Positions 14,097-28,565 are shown, counted from the first letter of the stretch. The stretch: DNA of 64,000 bases from Octopus vulgaris (GCA_951406725.2 OX597824.1:94426001-94490000); one strand, 5' to 3'. Program-made: numbers and translations. Notes: generated by a model from the sequence alone, not told the origin.

Positions 14097-14142
14097 AATA
14101 CCTGATGAAGGCTGGAGGGTATATCAGCCGAAACGTTGTGTT
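14097..14142 (+). ncRNA. Minimal type I hammerhead ribozyme, canonical core
   Basis: aatac/gtgtt helix I; CTGATGA; extra A; ggctg(g)/(t)cagcc helix II; GAAA; ACGT palindrome; GUU site (after 14137). Confidence 0.8.
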
Positions 14143-14287
14143 AACAATAAAACAAGATGGGGACAAGTATACGTTAGTTGTAAATAATGTAAATAATGAA
14201 GAGAGAAATAGGGTTTGCTAAGAAATAAAAGGGTAGTGGAGAAATTGCCCGCAAGGAGAGAGAATCGCTGAGCGAGAGTTTCCTTTA

Positions 14288-14491
14288 TGACCGCGTGTGT
14301 ACCGTTGGCGATTTTTTTCCCTCTGTCTTCCCTTCTCTGGATCTTTCCTTCTCCTATGTTTCCGACGAAGAGCTCCGTTCGAAACGTTACACCCTCCTTC
14401 TTTCCTTCTTTCCTGAGCGTCCAATAATACTATATTTGTTCCACGTCCTCGCGTTGTTGTGTTTTTTTGTGCTTTCTTGTTTGGATTAACT
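14288..14491 (+). mobile_element. Hammerhead-bearing repeat family D
   Basis: Copy of 3512-3716; CCGACGA core at 14362; ends in (TA)n. Confidence 0.8.
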
Positions 14492-14494
14492 TTT

Positions 14495-14530
<36 letters not shown>

Positions 14531-14809
14531 CTTATTTTATTATGCGAGTATATATTTCTATATAATTCATGATTTTTTTTTTAATGTTTTGGTTGTCCTA
14601 ACAGACGCAAATAAATTTAAATTTATTTCGTTCTAAATTAGAGCTTATCAATACACTGTAACTTGGATTAAAACTATATGGTCATTTAAGACATCTAAGA
14701 ACTATATAAACGATCGACTTTTCCTTTCCTTTTTAAAAAAAGAAAATAGTGTCGAAAAGATGTGAGAGAAGGACAGCATTATAAGCCTCTGTGTGTGTGT
14801 GTAAGCATG

Positions 14810-14842
<33 letters not shown>

Positions 14843-14845
<3 letters not shown>

Positions 14846-15040
14846 TAATCCAAACAAGAAAGCACAAAAAAACACAACAACGCGAGGACGTGGAACAAAT
14901 ATAGTATTATTGGACGCTCAGGAAAGAAGGAGGGTTTAACGTTTCGAGCGGAGCTCTTCCTCTGAAACATAAGAGAAGGAAAGATCCAGAGAAGGGAAGA
15001 CAGAGGGAAAAAAATGGCCAACGGTACACACGCGGTCACA
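14843..15040 (-). mobile_element. Hammerhead-bearing repeat family D (inverted copy, mutated core)
   Basis: Reverse complement of family D; core reads CAGAGGA; TA tracts on both sides. Confidence 0.8.
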
Positions 15041-15065
15041 TTTTTGTATATATATATATATATTG

Positions 15066-15138
<73 letters not shown>

Positions 15139-15154
15139 TATATATATATATAGG

Positions 15155-15320
15155 ATGGGCTTCCAAACAGTTTCTGTCTACCAGTTTCACTCGCAAGGCA
15201 TTGGTCGGCCGGAGAGCTATAGTTGAAGACATTTGTTTCAGGAGGCGCACTGTGGGACTGAACTCGAAACCACGTGCTTGGTGGTTGGGAAACGAGCTTC
15301 TAAACCATACACCCATGCCT
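15155..15320 (-). mobile_element. SINE family A, 5' half, degraded
   Basis: cagtttctgtctacc...ggtcggccggagagctatag...gtgggactgaactcg. Confidence 0.7.
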
Positions 15321-16350
15321 GATCAAAATAATACTTCTAGCTTACATGAAGAGTGTCTCTTTGCTGGCCAATGTGTTGTGTTTTCTCCATTCTCGGATTC
15401 ACATTAATATCCATAATATGCACGTCACTACGGAAGCATCTATTTGTCAAATGTATTTTCAAAATTTCTGGCTTGAAGTGAGACATGTCTTTCACAGTTA
15501 TTTACCATTCCACTTGCCGATTCCTTACCACATACATATGTGTGTGTATATGCATATATATATATATATATATATATGAGGGGTGTTGATGTGTGTGTGT
15601 TTATTCGTTGCTAGGTGTATACGTGTGAGGTCTAGTTGTGTGGCTTACAAATAGAAATAGATGGCGCTTTAGCTGGAGTGTGTGGCGTTGAATATGTAAG
15701 TGAATGTCCTTCATGTAAATCGATATTTATAAGGGTTTCCATGCACTTCACTGCGTAACGTGAGCCTTAATGCATGAGTTATGTGCATGTGTATGTATGT
15801 ATGTGAGCATGTATGTGTGTAAGTGTGTATATTTATGCCTGTACATAGATAGATGGATAGATAGATAGAGAGAGAGATAGACACATAGATAGATGGATAA
15901 AAAGACAGATAAGTAGATTTATGTATATGCAATATTCACAGATATGCATACTTATATATATATATATATACACATATGCATACATATCACATAGATGCAC
16001 ACGCGCACACATACAGAGGCTCGCTCATGCATACGTACACATATTTATATACACGTGTTTGTATATATGCACGTAGGTGCATGTTTATGACTAAATTTAT
16101 GTGAATAATATATGTGTGTGTGTGTGTTTGTATGCATGTACATATATATGTGTGTGCATATATATGCATTTATATTTTTTGTATATTTATATATATATAT
16201 AAATACATATATACATGTGTGTGTGTATGTATATATATATATACATGTGTGTATCTATATATAGAGTGTATGTGCATATATATATACACACACATATATA
16301 TATATATATGCGTGTGTGTATGTATGTATGTATGTATGTATGTATGTATG

Positions 16351-16382
<32 letters not shown>

Positions 16383-16407
16383 CATGTATATATATGTGTG
16401 TGTGTAG

Positions 16408-16453
<46 letters not shown>

Positions 16454-16867
16454 TCATACATGTCACGTATACATGTACACAATCACGCATAAATGCCTGT
16501 ACACCCGCTCATCCAGACTCTGATATACACGCATACTTATATACATATATACGTCTATAAATATACATTCATACATAAATTCAAATATACGTACATACAC
16601 ACTGTCATGTATATGCATTAGGTTTGTAATCCTTTATGTTATGGCTAAGATATAGAAAGTACTCAATACATACAGTAAAGTTTGATATAATTGTATTTAT
16701 TGAAGCTGACTGTTATTGTAGACATGGCTTGAAATTTCGGCTCGGAAGTAATGGCTAAAATATTAGTCGCCTTTTGTAAGAAGAAAAAATGACACGCCTG
16801 CAAAGGTGAGGATAGATATGTGTGAGTGTGTGTGCGTGTGAGTGTGAGTGTTAACATATGCAGTATC

Positions 16868-16941
<74 letters not shown>

Positions 16942-17022
16942 GTGTGTGTGTATACATACATACATACGTACATACATGCATACATACATACATATACATA
17001 TATATACATATCTATATATATA

Positions 17023-17102
<80 letters not shown>

Positions 17103-17230
17103 GTACATATATGTGTGTGTGTGTGTGTATAGAGAGTGAGAGACGGTGGAGAGATAGAGTGAGTGAGTTAGTGAAAGATGGGGAGAGATACATATACGTA
17201 CATATACAAACACTATGTAAGATATATATA

Positions 17231-17269
<39 letters not shown>

Positions 17270-17348
17270 CATATATATGTATATATTATAATATATATAA
17301 GATTCATGAATCATATATTGTTATATAATGTGTATGTGTGAGTCCAAA

Positions 17349-17380
<32 letters not shown>

Positions 17381-17789
17381 AAGAGAGAGAGACAGAGAGG
17401 AGAGAGAAAGAGAGATACACTCTTACATGCAGAAATATAACATACAAACATAATATATCTATAATATTTTTTATATATTATTTGTGTGAATGTGTGTCTG
17501 TATTTATACGTGTGTGCGTAAGATAAGTTCGGCGAATTAAGAGAAACGTGATAGAAAAGCTGGGGCTAAAATGGCGTATTATCTAGTTATATGTTTCTAT
17601 ATTTTAAATCCAAAAGCGTGTCGTTGTCTTCGTTGCCTTTCTGCCATTGCAGAATTCATAAAATAATTATCATAAATTTACTTTACACCATAAAATCGAC
17701 TTTGTCTTTTTCCATCCATAATTTAGCATTACTTGCATTGTATCTATCTGCGAATGTTAGGCAGCAATATTCTGGTAAATAATAAAACG

Positions 17790-18505
<716 letters not shown>

Positions 18506-18709
18506 CCGCGTTATTAATCCGCTTGTAAGGAACATCGACATTGACCTTGTATGAGTAAACGGTCAACGAAAAGAAGCGGCCCCTGTCAATACCTTGAGCA
18601 ATATTATATGGTGGCCGGACTGACTTTGGATAGCAATTCATCATTTGGTGGGATTCGGGACAACGGGAAAATTTTGCAAACAGAGAGAGACAGACAAATA
18701 TACAGAAAG

Positions 18710-18940
18710 AGGTGGTGAGCTGGCAGAAACGTTAGCACGCCGGGCGAAATGCTTAGCGGGATTTCGTCTGCCGCTACGTTCTGAGTTCAAATACCGCCGA
18801 GGTCGATTTTGCCTTTCATCCTTTCGGGGTCGATTAAATAAGTACCAGTTACGCACTGGGGTCGATATAATCGACTTAATCCGTTTGTCTGTCCTTGTTT
18901 GCCCCCTCTGTGTTTAGCCCCATGTGGGCAATAAAGAAAT
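18710..18940 (+). mobile_element. SINE family B, full length
   Basis: ggtggtgagctggcagaaacgttagc...cttaatccgtttgtctgtcc...gggcaataaagaaata; imperfect flanking repeat atatacaga(a/c)aga. Confidence 0.9.
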
Positions 18941-18981
18941 ACGATATACAGACAGATAGTCAGACAGACTGATAGACAGAC

Positions 18982-19069
<88 letters not shown>

Positions 19070-19110
19070 GGAAGTTAATTACATGGTCAGTCATAGAGTG
19101 ACCAGTATAT

Positions 19111-19173
<63 letters not shown>

Positions 19174-19377
19174 TATACGCATATAATATATATGCAAACA
19201 TATATGTGCATGTATGTATTGGATGGATGGATGGATGGATGGATACAACAGCAAGAATAGAGCTTTCATAAGAAGAACGGCGACAGCAACAATTCCAACA
19301 ACATCGAAACCAAAGTCAGCAGCAACGAAAATAGTCCACCTGGTATTATCAATAACAACAACAACAACTACTATTAT

Positions 19378-19428
<51 letters not shown>

Positions 19429-21423
19429 GGCATCGTCATCAACATCATCAACAGCAGCAGCAGCGACACCAGAAGCATTAATCTAATTGAAATCCTTACT
19501 GCTAAAAACGCTTAAGCCACATTGATTTTCTTGTGACTTGGGACCTTTCAGAACTGACGTCTTACTTTGCTCGTTAAGAAGTTCAATGTAAATTGACCTT
19601 TCACCTCTCCAACCTTTAGTAGAGTGTGGATTATGTCCCCTTTTCTTGGCAATGTTTGGACATTACAATTGTGAAGAACGACGGTTCTTTGCTTTAAATT
19701 GTTTCTTTGGATTTTCAGTTCTGTTGCCAACAGAAGCGCGAAAGACGAGAGGCGGGGTTTGTGTGTGTGTGAATATGGGTGTGTGTGTATGTGTGTATGT
19801 GTGTGTGTGAGCGTCTGTGAGTGTGTGCACGTGTGTGTATTGGAACGTGTGTGTGTGTGTGTGTGTGTGTGAGCGTCTGTGAGTGTGTGCACGAGAGTGC
19901 ATCGGAATGTGTGTGCGCGTGTTTGTGCGTGTGTGTGTGTGAGAGAGAGTCTGTGAGTGTGTGCACGTGAGTGTATTGGAATGTGTGTGTGTGTTTGTGA
20001 GCGTATGTGCGTGAATGTGTTTCAGAGTGTGTGTGTTTGTGTGTATTCATGAGTGTATATGCGTGAGAGCGTGTGTTTGTGCGTGTGGATGTAGGTGTGT
20101 ATATGCCTTTGCGCGAGTGTGCGAGTGTGTATATAAATATGTGAATGTGTGTGTGTGTGTGACATTAGTGAGCGAAATGAGCGTCCTGGCAGAAAACTAG
20201 CTGGACGGTCAAGAATTTTGCTTTACAACTTTGAGGGCGCGGGTTCGATTCCACAGCTCGGAATCATGAGCAACTATCTTTTCTCCCCTGTGTGTGATCT
20301 AATAGAGTAGAAATGTAAACTTCTACAGAGGGACGAACAGGCAGACAGGCAGACAAACAGACAGACATGCAGGCAGCCACGCAGACAGGTAGGTCGGTAG
20401 GTAACTAGGTAGGTAGGTAGGTAGGTAGGTAGGTAGGTAGGTAGGCAGGCAAGTGACCAAATGGCAGGCAGAGTAGACAGTCAGATAGATAACCAAGCCA
20501 ACAGATAGACAGAGAGACAGAGATAGACAGACAGACAGACAGACAGAAGAACAAGGCGAGTTTGAAACAGAAAGAGAAATCGTGATATTGAGAAAAACAA
20601 GGAAATACCATAGAGTACGTTAAAGACCCACAAACAAAGCAGCGAAACAAACATGGAGGCCTTAAACTTTCGATCCATAATGGTGCTATATAGCAGTTTA
20701 GATATAATGAAAAGAGAAATTGTGTGTATGATAGAGATAATGTAAAATGACAGCCAGTCACATTGCATGTTAACACCTCACCATCGAGAATGACTTTGAT
20801 GGATAACTCGGCCAACTCGCTAAATATATTTACATTGTACTACTCCATAGTGGGAAGTTTACGTTTCTCTTCTAGCACATCAAATACACACACACGTACG
20901 CACACACACTCTCTCTCACTCTCTCTCCTTCTCTCCTTCTTGTTCTCTCTCCGTTTCTCTCACATCATACACATACACTTTCTCTCTTTCTCCCTCCAAC
21001 TTTCTATCTTTTTATCTCTTTATCTAAGTCTCTCTCTCTCACACACACACACACACTCACATTTACCCGTACACACATGCACACGCACATACATTAATAT
21101 AGCTAGATAAAAGATATACATACATACATACATACATATATATATATGTATATATAATATATATGATACCTATTTATATATCAATATATACATACATAAA
21201 TGTAAACATGCGTGTATACACACACTCATACACACAAATACACACACATATATATATATACGCATATCGGGCGAGAGAAAGGGAGAGATAGAGATGCATA
21301 TATAAATAAACGAATACATACATAGATAGATACATAGATACAGAGTTAGGCTAATAGTCAAAGAGATAAATAGATAGACAGACAGACAGACAGATAGACC
21401 GACAGATATATAGATAGATAGAT

Positions 21424-21535
<112 letters not shown>

Positions 21536-22363
21536 CATCAAGCCTTCATAAAGAGAAAACCTGAAGTTTGCAAATATCAATAAGTTTGTTAACCTTATTG
21601 CAGGAAAATGTCTGAAGCAGGTCTCATAACGGACGCAGATCTCTCAACGAAGTGGCCATGTAATGGACGAAGGAAGTGAGAAATAAGTGAATAGGTCAAA
21701 AGGTGTGAATGGGAAGTGGATAAGAAGATGATGGCAGTGAATGAGAGATGTCAGAAGTGGTGTGTGAGGTGTAAAGGAGGATTGATGACAGTGAGGAATT
21801 AAGAACAAAAGAGAGAGAAATTATTGGTACAAAAGTCTGGTAGAATGGTAAGAGAAGAATTGGTTAGAGGAGGAGTGCTATGTATATATAGTGGTGGGAG
21901 GAAAAGCTAGCGTGTAATGCAAATTAGCTAGAGACAGGTACAAAAAGCTATGATTACCGAGAGCTAAAAAGTCAAGGATGTCAGACATAGGAAACTGCAG
22001 GCGCCAGAGTGGAATGGTTAACCGAATTAAAAGAATAAAAGGTGTATGTTCATATACCTCTGAGTCGTGGTTCCTAGTTGAAAAATGAGTTATTGTTCTA
22101 TGAGTTGGCGGGTTGCTTTCCGATCGTGGAGGTGAGAGCTTGTGACAAGGGGAACTGTAGTTGCAAAATCCAGGTTTCAGGAACCAGAGACGTTGTTGCG
22201 GGCGTACACGAAAGCTTACGACAGCGATCGTAATCAGTATCGCGCAAACACACACACATGCATACATACACACACATACATACACACATACATATATACA
22301 TACACACACACACACACATACATACATACATACATACATACATACATACATACATACATACAA

Positions 22364-22422
<59 letters not shown>

Positions 22423-22999
22423 TGTGTGTAATAGTATGTTGGAAGACTGTTGCTGTCGTTATAATGTTTCTAATGAGTAAACGGAGGCGTATCTGAGAAG
22501 TTTATTAGCGAAGAAGTCGTTAGTAAAATGTCGGCAGTCTTCTTGGAATTTTCTCTGTATTGTTATCACTACACGCTTTCAGTTAACGCTACAAAACGAC
22601 AATATTTGCTTTTTATTTACGGGAAGAATAAAAAAAACTTTATCAAAAATTTCAACAGATATGTGTTCTGCTTCGTACAAGTTGGTAAGAACTCTGGTGT
22701 CTGTTGAGATTCTTGACAAACAAAATTTCTATTTTTCTCGTAAACAAAATGCAAATGTTGTTACTACGAACGACAAAACGTCGAGAAAATTTGTTATCGT
22801 TCTTCGTGTAATTGTAGCAGCAGTCACAGTGTGGTTAGCTGCTTGGCATGCGACTGACTTCTGATGTCTTTCGTCCTCCGAGTGTTTATTGCTGCTATCC
22901 GCCGTTTATTGCTGCTATCAGTTCTAGTCAAAGTCGTGGTTGGTTGGGTAAGATTTCTAGCGAATCTCACAATCTTTGTCGCACGTGAAGAAATACTTC

Positions 23000-23350
23000 A
23001 GAGTTGAGTTCAAATGCCGCTGGGGTCGACCTTACCTTTCATATTTCCGGAATCGACAAAATAAGTACCAGTTGAATACTGGCGCTGATTTAATCGGCTT
23101 AACTCCAACCCACGAAATTGCTGACTACTGCCAGAGTTTGAAACCAAATTGATCCAGTGTAAAACGCCGAACTGGCAGAATCGTTAGCATTAGAAATGCT
23201 TAGCCATCAGTATTTCGTCCATCTTTACATTCTGAGTTCAAATTCTTCCGAGGTCGATAAAATAAGTACCAGTTGAGCGCTGGAGTCGATATAATCGACC
23301 TACTCCCACAATTCCTGAAATTGCCGGCCTTGTGCCAAAATTTGAAACTA
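23000..23350 (+). mobile_element. Two tandem degraded SINE family B copies
   Basis: gagttcaaat...gtcgac...aataagtaccagttg occurs twice, with gaaattgc..gcc..tttgaaac tails. Confidence 0.75.
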
Positions 23351-23351
23351 A

Positions 23352-23533
23352 TATCCTTTTATTCTTTTATTTGTTTCAGTCATTTGACTGCTGCCATGCT
23401 GGAGCACCGCCTTTAGTCGAGCAAATCGACCCCAGGACTTATTCTTTGTAAGCCTAGTACTTATTCTATCGGTCTCTCTTGCCGAGGCGCTAAGTAACGG
23501 GGACGTAAACACACCAGAATCGGTTGTCAAGCG

Positions 23534-23565
<32 letters not shown>

Positions 23566-24032
23566 ATCACGTGACCGACCAGGCTATCAGATGTTGCTAC
23601 ACATCGCTGGTCACAATGCGCTTCGCATTGTTTTGGCCTTCAAATGACGCCACCCCGCTGGGTAAGCGAGCAAGCCAATATATATTATTTCTTTATTGCC
23701 CACAAGGGGCTAAACACAGTGGGGACAAACAAGGACAGGCAAACGGATTAAGTCGATTATATCGACCCCAGTGCGTGACTGGTACTTTATTTATCGACCC
23801 CGAAAGGATGAAAGGCAAAGTCGACCTCGGCAGGCCAATATATATATATATATATATATATATGGCGTCTACCAAATCCACTCACAAGGCTTTGGTTGGG
23901 TCGAGGCTATATTAGAAGACATATATATTAGAAGGTGCCACGGCTATATTAGAAGGTGCCACGCAGTGGAACTGAACCCAGAACCATGTGGTTGGTAAGC
24001 AAGCTACTTACCACACAGCCACACCTGCGCCT
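23352..24032 (-). mobile_element. SINE family A split by nested inserts (unclassified repeat 23557-23680; SINE B fragment 23687-23831)
   Basis: Family A 3' half at 23352-23535 and 5' half at 23865-24032; the inserts lie in the internal TA tract. Confidence 0.75.
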
Positions 24033-24788
24033 TATGTTCCTTATCAAATATAAGCAGTTATGATATATCTGAAGTTCCCGGTTCGATTCTTATTACGCAG
24101 CTGACCATTAGTACTGGGTTTAGTACAGATAGATGTCAGTCTAAATTCGACCGAGAGGCATGCCAAGTTATTGTGGGGAGAAAAACAGAGTTTATGGACT
24201 ATAAAATTAAATTTTATATATGCAAGCTTATTTAAACAGATTTCAGAGACGGTGTGAAAGAGATTTGGAACCATAGCCCGAAGCAACAAAGCTAACAAGT
24301 TACTGTTCGGTAGCCATAGGACAGCTATTTCAATCTTTGTAGGAGTTCTCATCGAATATAACGTACACACGCACACACACACACACACACACATTACACA
24401 CACACATAAAAACATACATATATACATATATATGAATATATATATAGATATATAGATATATATATATATTCATATATATGTATATGCACGTTTATATGTA
24501 TATAGGTATGTGTGTGTATATATATGTATATGTATATTTATATATGCATACATACATGCATATATGTGTGTGCGTGTAAGTGTGTGTATGTATATATATA
24601 TATATGCATATATATATATATATGTATACATATACATATATATGTATATATATAATTATAGACATACAATTATATATGTATTTATGTGTATATATACATG
24701 TATATATATAATATATTATATATAATTTATTATTATATATATATATATATACATACATACATATATATGTATATGTATATATACATAC

Positions 24789-24955
<167 letters not shown>

Positions 24956-25275
24956 TTAATAGTGTATTCGCTGCATGGTGCTTTCTGAGATTTCCTCGGG
25001 GTCTTTTTGTCAACTTAGCGTCAATATTAGTTCCTAAACATAATGTCGAAATATGTAGCTGTGCCAAGTTTCAAAGAATATGAGAGTTCAGCTACGTAAT
25101 GTATCGAATTTTAATTTTTATTTTGTAACCAAATCTTTCATCAAACCAATTCCGATAGTTGTCTAACGAGATGAAGTCTCACGCTCCAAGTTCTAAACTG
25201 GGGAACAACACAAACATATTCGCACCGTTTGAGTGAACTGAGAGACCAAAAATCTGTTTGTTCTGTGTACAAATA

Positions 25276-25500
25276 TTGTGTTGGGTTAAAATTTTTGCAA
25301 TATTTTGGTAATTTATTTGCCTTATTCATCAAGTTACAACAGAAGAAACCTTGCATTCAACGTAGAAGCCATTATATTGCACCGTCTGAAACCAACTTTC
25401 TGGCAATTCTTTGATTCCACGCTGACTGATACCATTTCTTGTCCTTCGAGGCAAGAACTCCTCCGCTGGAGCTTTCATCTCTTGGTTGATGAAGCATCGA
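25276..25500 (-). mobile_element. Mariner transposase C-terminal remnant with right TIR
   Basis: Minus-strand frameshifted CFINQEMKAPAEEF-ASKDKKWYQ-RGIKELPESWFQTVQYNGFYVE; end ..ttaacccaacacaa|TA. Confidence 0.7.
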
Positions 25501-25667
25501 AAGCGCAGCTACGCACAGGGGTCGATATAATCGACTTAATCCGTTTGTCTGTCCTTGTTTGTCCCCTCTGCGTGTAATCCCTTGTGGGCAATAAAGAAAT
25601 AAGAAACTCACAACTCGCAGAGATGCCTACACCTATGATTACATTATCGAGTGAGGTTGATATATTC

Positions 25668-26060
25668 TCTTTACTCTCTTTTACTCTTTTATCTGTTTCA
25701 GTCATTTGACTGTGGCCATGCTGGAGCACCGCCTTTAGTCGAGCAAATCGACCCCAGGACTTATTCTTTGTAAGCCTAGTACTTATTCTATCGGTCTCTT
25801 TTGCCGAGCCGCTAAGTTACGGGGACGTAAACACACCAGCATCAGTTGTCAAGCGATGTTGGGGGGACAAACACAGACACACAAACAAATATATATACAT
25901 ATATACGACGGGCTTCTTTCAGTTTCCGTCTACCAAATCCACTCACAAGGTTTTGGTCGGCCCGAGGCTATAGTAGAAGACACTTGCCCAAGGTGCCACG
26001 CAGTGGGACTGAACCCGGAACCATATGGTTCGTAAGCAAGCTACTTACCACACAGCCACA
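25668..26060 (-). mobile_element. SINE family A, near full length
   Basis: Near identical to family consensus; tail of (gagtaaaa)-like repeats. Confidence 0.92.
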
Positions 26061-26544
26061 TATACAATTCCCCAAATCAGGTGCTCGTATAACGCACAGC
26101 CAACACATTCAAAATATATTCCTATCAAATGATTATACGGGTTACAGCGATATTCCGACACCAATCCTCTGATGGCAATTTACCGATCAACAATTCGCCA
26201 ATTAGTAAATTGAACTGAGAGGAATTAACTGATTATCATATTTATCGATGAAGAATTATTAATTAATAACATGATTTCAATAAATGGTTTTTTTCCAAAA
26301 ATAAACAGCAAATATTTTTTTACTGATAAAATTCAATTTTAAAATATGAAACCATTGATAAAACTTTGAAAGGATTTCTCAACTGTGGGGAGGGAGCAAC
26401 CTGGGGGTGTAGGCGTGTGGGGGGCGTGTGCGTATTTATATGTGTGTGTGTATGTGTGTGTGTTCTGTTTTGAACGTTAGGATTCATAGGGCTGGCTACT
26501 CGGCTTCCACAGCATAGAAGTGACCAAGATCACAAAACTGCCCC

Positions 26545-27181
26545 TGTAGTCAAGCGATTGTTGAAGGTGGGGCAAACACAGACACATATATACATATATA
26601 TGACGGGCTTCTTTTCAGTTTCCGTCTACCAAATCTACTCACAAGCCCGAGCCTATAGTAGAAGGCACTTGCCTAATGTGCCACGCAGTGGGACTGAACC
26701 TGGAACAATGTGGTTGGTAAACAAGCTACTTACCACACGCTGCTCCTGGTCCATCGCAGGGTTAATCGTTTACAGCCAAGTGGACTCTTTTACTCTTTTA
26801 CTTGCTTCAGTCATTTGACTGCGGCCATGCTGGAGCACCGCCTTTTAGTTGGGAAAATCGACTCCCAGGACTTATTCTTTGTAAGCCTAGTACTTATTAT
26901 ATCGGTCTCTTTTGCCGAACCGCTAAGTTACGAGGACGTAAACACACCTGCATCGGTTGTCAAGCGATGTTGGGGGGACAAACACAGACACACACACACA
27001 CACACATATATATACATATGCATATATACGACGGGCTTCTTTTAGTTTCCGTCTACCAAATCCACTCACAAGCCCGAGACTATAGTAGAAGAGACTTGCC
27101 CAATGTACCACGCAGTGGGACTGAACCCGGAACCATGTGGTTGGTAAACAAGCTACTTACCACACAGCGACTCCTGCGCCT
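26545..27181 (-). mobile_element. Two tandem SINE family A copies sharing an internal deletion
   Basis: Both read ctcacaa|gcccgag, lacking ggctttggtcg, which indicates local duplication; full copy at 26785-27181. Confidence 0.85.
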
Positions 27182-27315
27182 ATGGACTGGAGCAACGTGA
27201 AATGTAAATGCTTTGTCAAGAACAAAATGCATCGCCCGGCTGGGGAATCGAAACCACAATCGTAAGACCGCGAATGCTACATCCTTAACCACCAGTCCAC
27301 TCGCATTCACCAGGC
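27182..27315 (-). mobile_element. tRNA-derived SINE family C-like head
   Basis: Minus strand gtggactggtggttaagg...gtggtttcgattcccc...gttcttgacaaagcattt. Confidence 0.6.
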
Positions 27316-27717
27316 GTTAAACCTTTTAAATAAGGAACAATAGATTCGTTAAGCTCGTAGCTTACATCCAGACATTTTATTCTTTCAGTACAACCTCGTT
27401 ATTTCCGTCTCTGCTATGGAGGATCCTGATAATCGCAGAAATTGTCAGTCAGTGAATGGCTGTCGATGAAATTTTCACACAGGAATTGTATAATATATAT
27501 GGAACAGTAAGCTCTCTCGCTATGCTGCTCTGGGGAAACATTTATAGAATTGATATGCTTCTAGCTGATCTGAAAATGACAAATGAAGAGAAGCCAAAAA
27601 GAAATTTGCAACGTCTCTGCATATGCGGTTTGTTAAATGTGACTCTCGGCGTTACGTTTGACAAAGTGAAATGTTGCCTTTCAGAAAATTAATGTCCTAG
27701 TGCTGCAGTATGTATAT

Positions 27718-27942
27718 CGAGGCGTTTGCTGAAAAGTTCCTGGCTTTAAGGGGTGTCGCGAAAGGCCTGGCTGGAGTACCAACCTTCCGAGTTCTTTTAC
27801 AGGGCTTAGAAAAACTGAAGGACCGCCACAATAAATGTGTGAACCTGAGAGGGGATTATGTTGAATAAATTCGCAATTAACTAATCCACTAATCCTCCTG
27901 TATTTTCCTTTACCCAAAGCCAGGAGCTTTTCAGCACCCCTC

Positions 27943-27943
<1 letters not shown>
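27718..27943 (+). mobile_element. Mariner-derived MITE (~226 bp)
   Basis: TIRs cgaggcgtttgctgaaaagttcctggcttt / aaagccaggagcttttcagcacccctcg; internal mariner C-terminal peptide RHNKCVNLRGDYVE*. Confidence 0.85.
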
Positions 27944-28033
<90 letters not shown>

Positions 28034-28124
28034 TAAGGGTAGAAATTGATATTAATCAATTAAAACCAGTGGCCTAGCATATTTAAAAAAATCCGAAGAT
28101 TAAAAATATTTTTTACATACAAAG

Positions 28125-28230
28125 TTTAAAGGACTGACCACTAAAAGTGGACAGTCAATATGCTAGATATAGACGATTTTGACGTCTATATCTAGCATAT
28201 CGACTGTCCACTTTTAGTGGTCAGTCCTTT

Positions 28231-28233
<3 letters not shown>
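28125..28233. repeat. Near-perfect inverted repeat, 51-bp arms, 7-nt loop
   Basis: 28125-28175 vs 28183-28233, 50/51 complementary. Confidence 0.95.
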
Positions 28234-28285
<52 letters not shown>

Positions 28286-28288
28286 GTA

Positions 28289-28486
28289 TTATAATTATAT
28301 ACATAATTATAACAAGGGCTTGGCTTGCGCTTCACCACGCACTGAAAAAAAATAGACGTCAAAAGACACTGTAGTGTGTTATTCTCGGAGAATTTATGGT
28401 GGTAATAGTGTCTTTTGACGTCTACTTTTTCAGCGCATGGTGAGGCGCAAGCCAAGCCCTTGTTATAATTGTGTATATAATTATAA
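28289..28486. repeat. Inverted repeat, ~80-bp arms, ~36-nt spacer
   Basis: 28289-28370 vs 28407-28486, few mismatches. Confidence 0.92.
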
Positions 28487-28565
28487 AATATTTGTGAAAT
28501 TTAACCATGAGGTTTTTATTTCCACGCTGAGCACCTGGAAAAATCATTAATGATCTTTACCCTTT

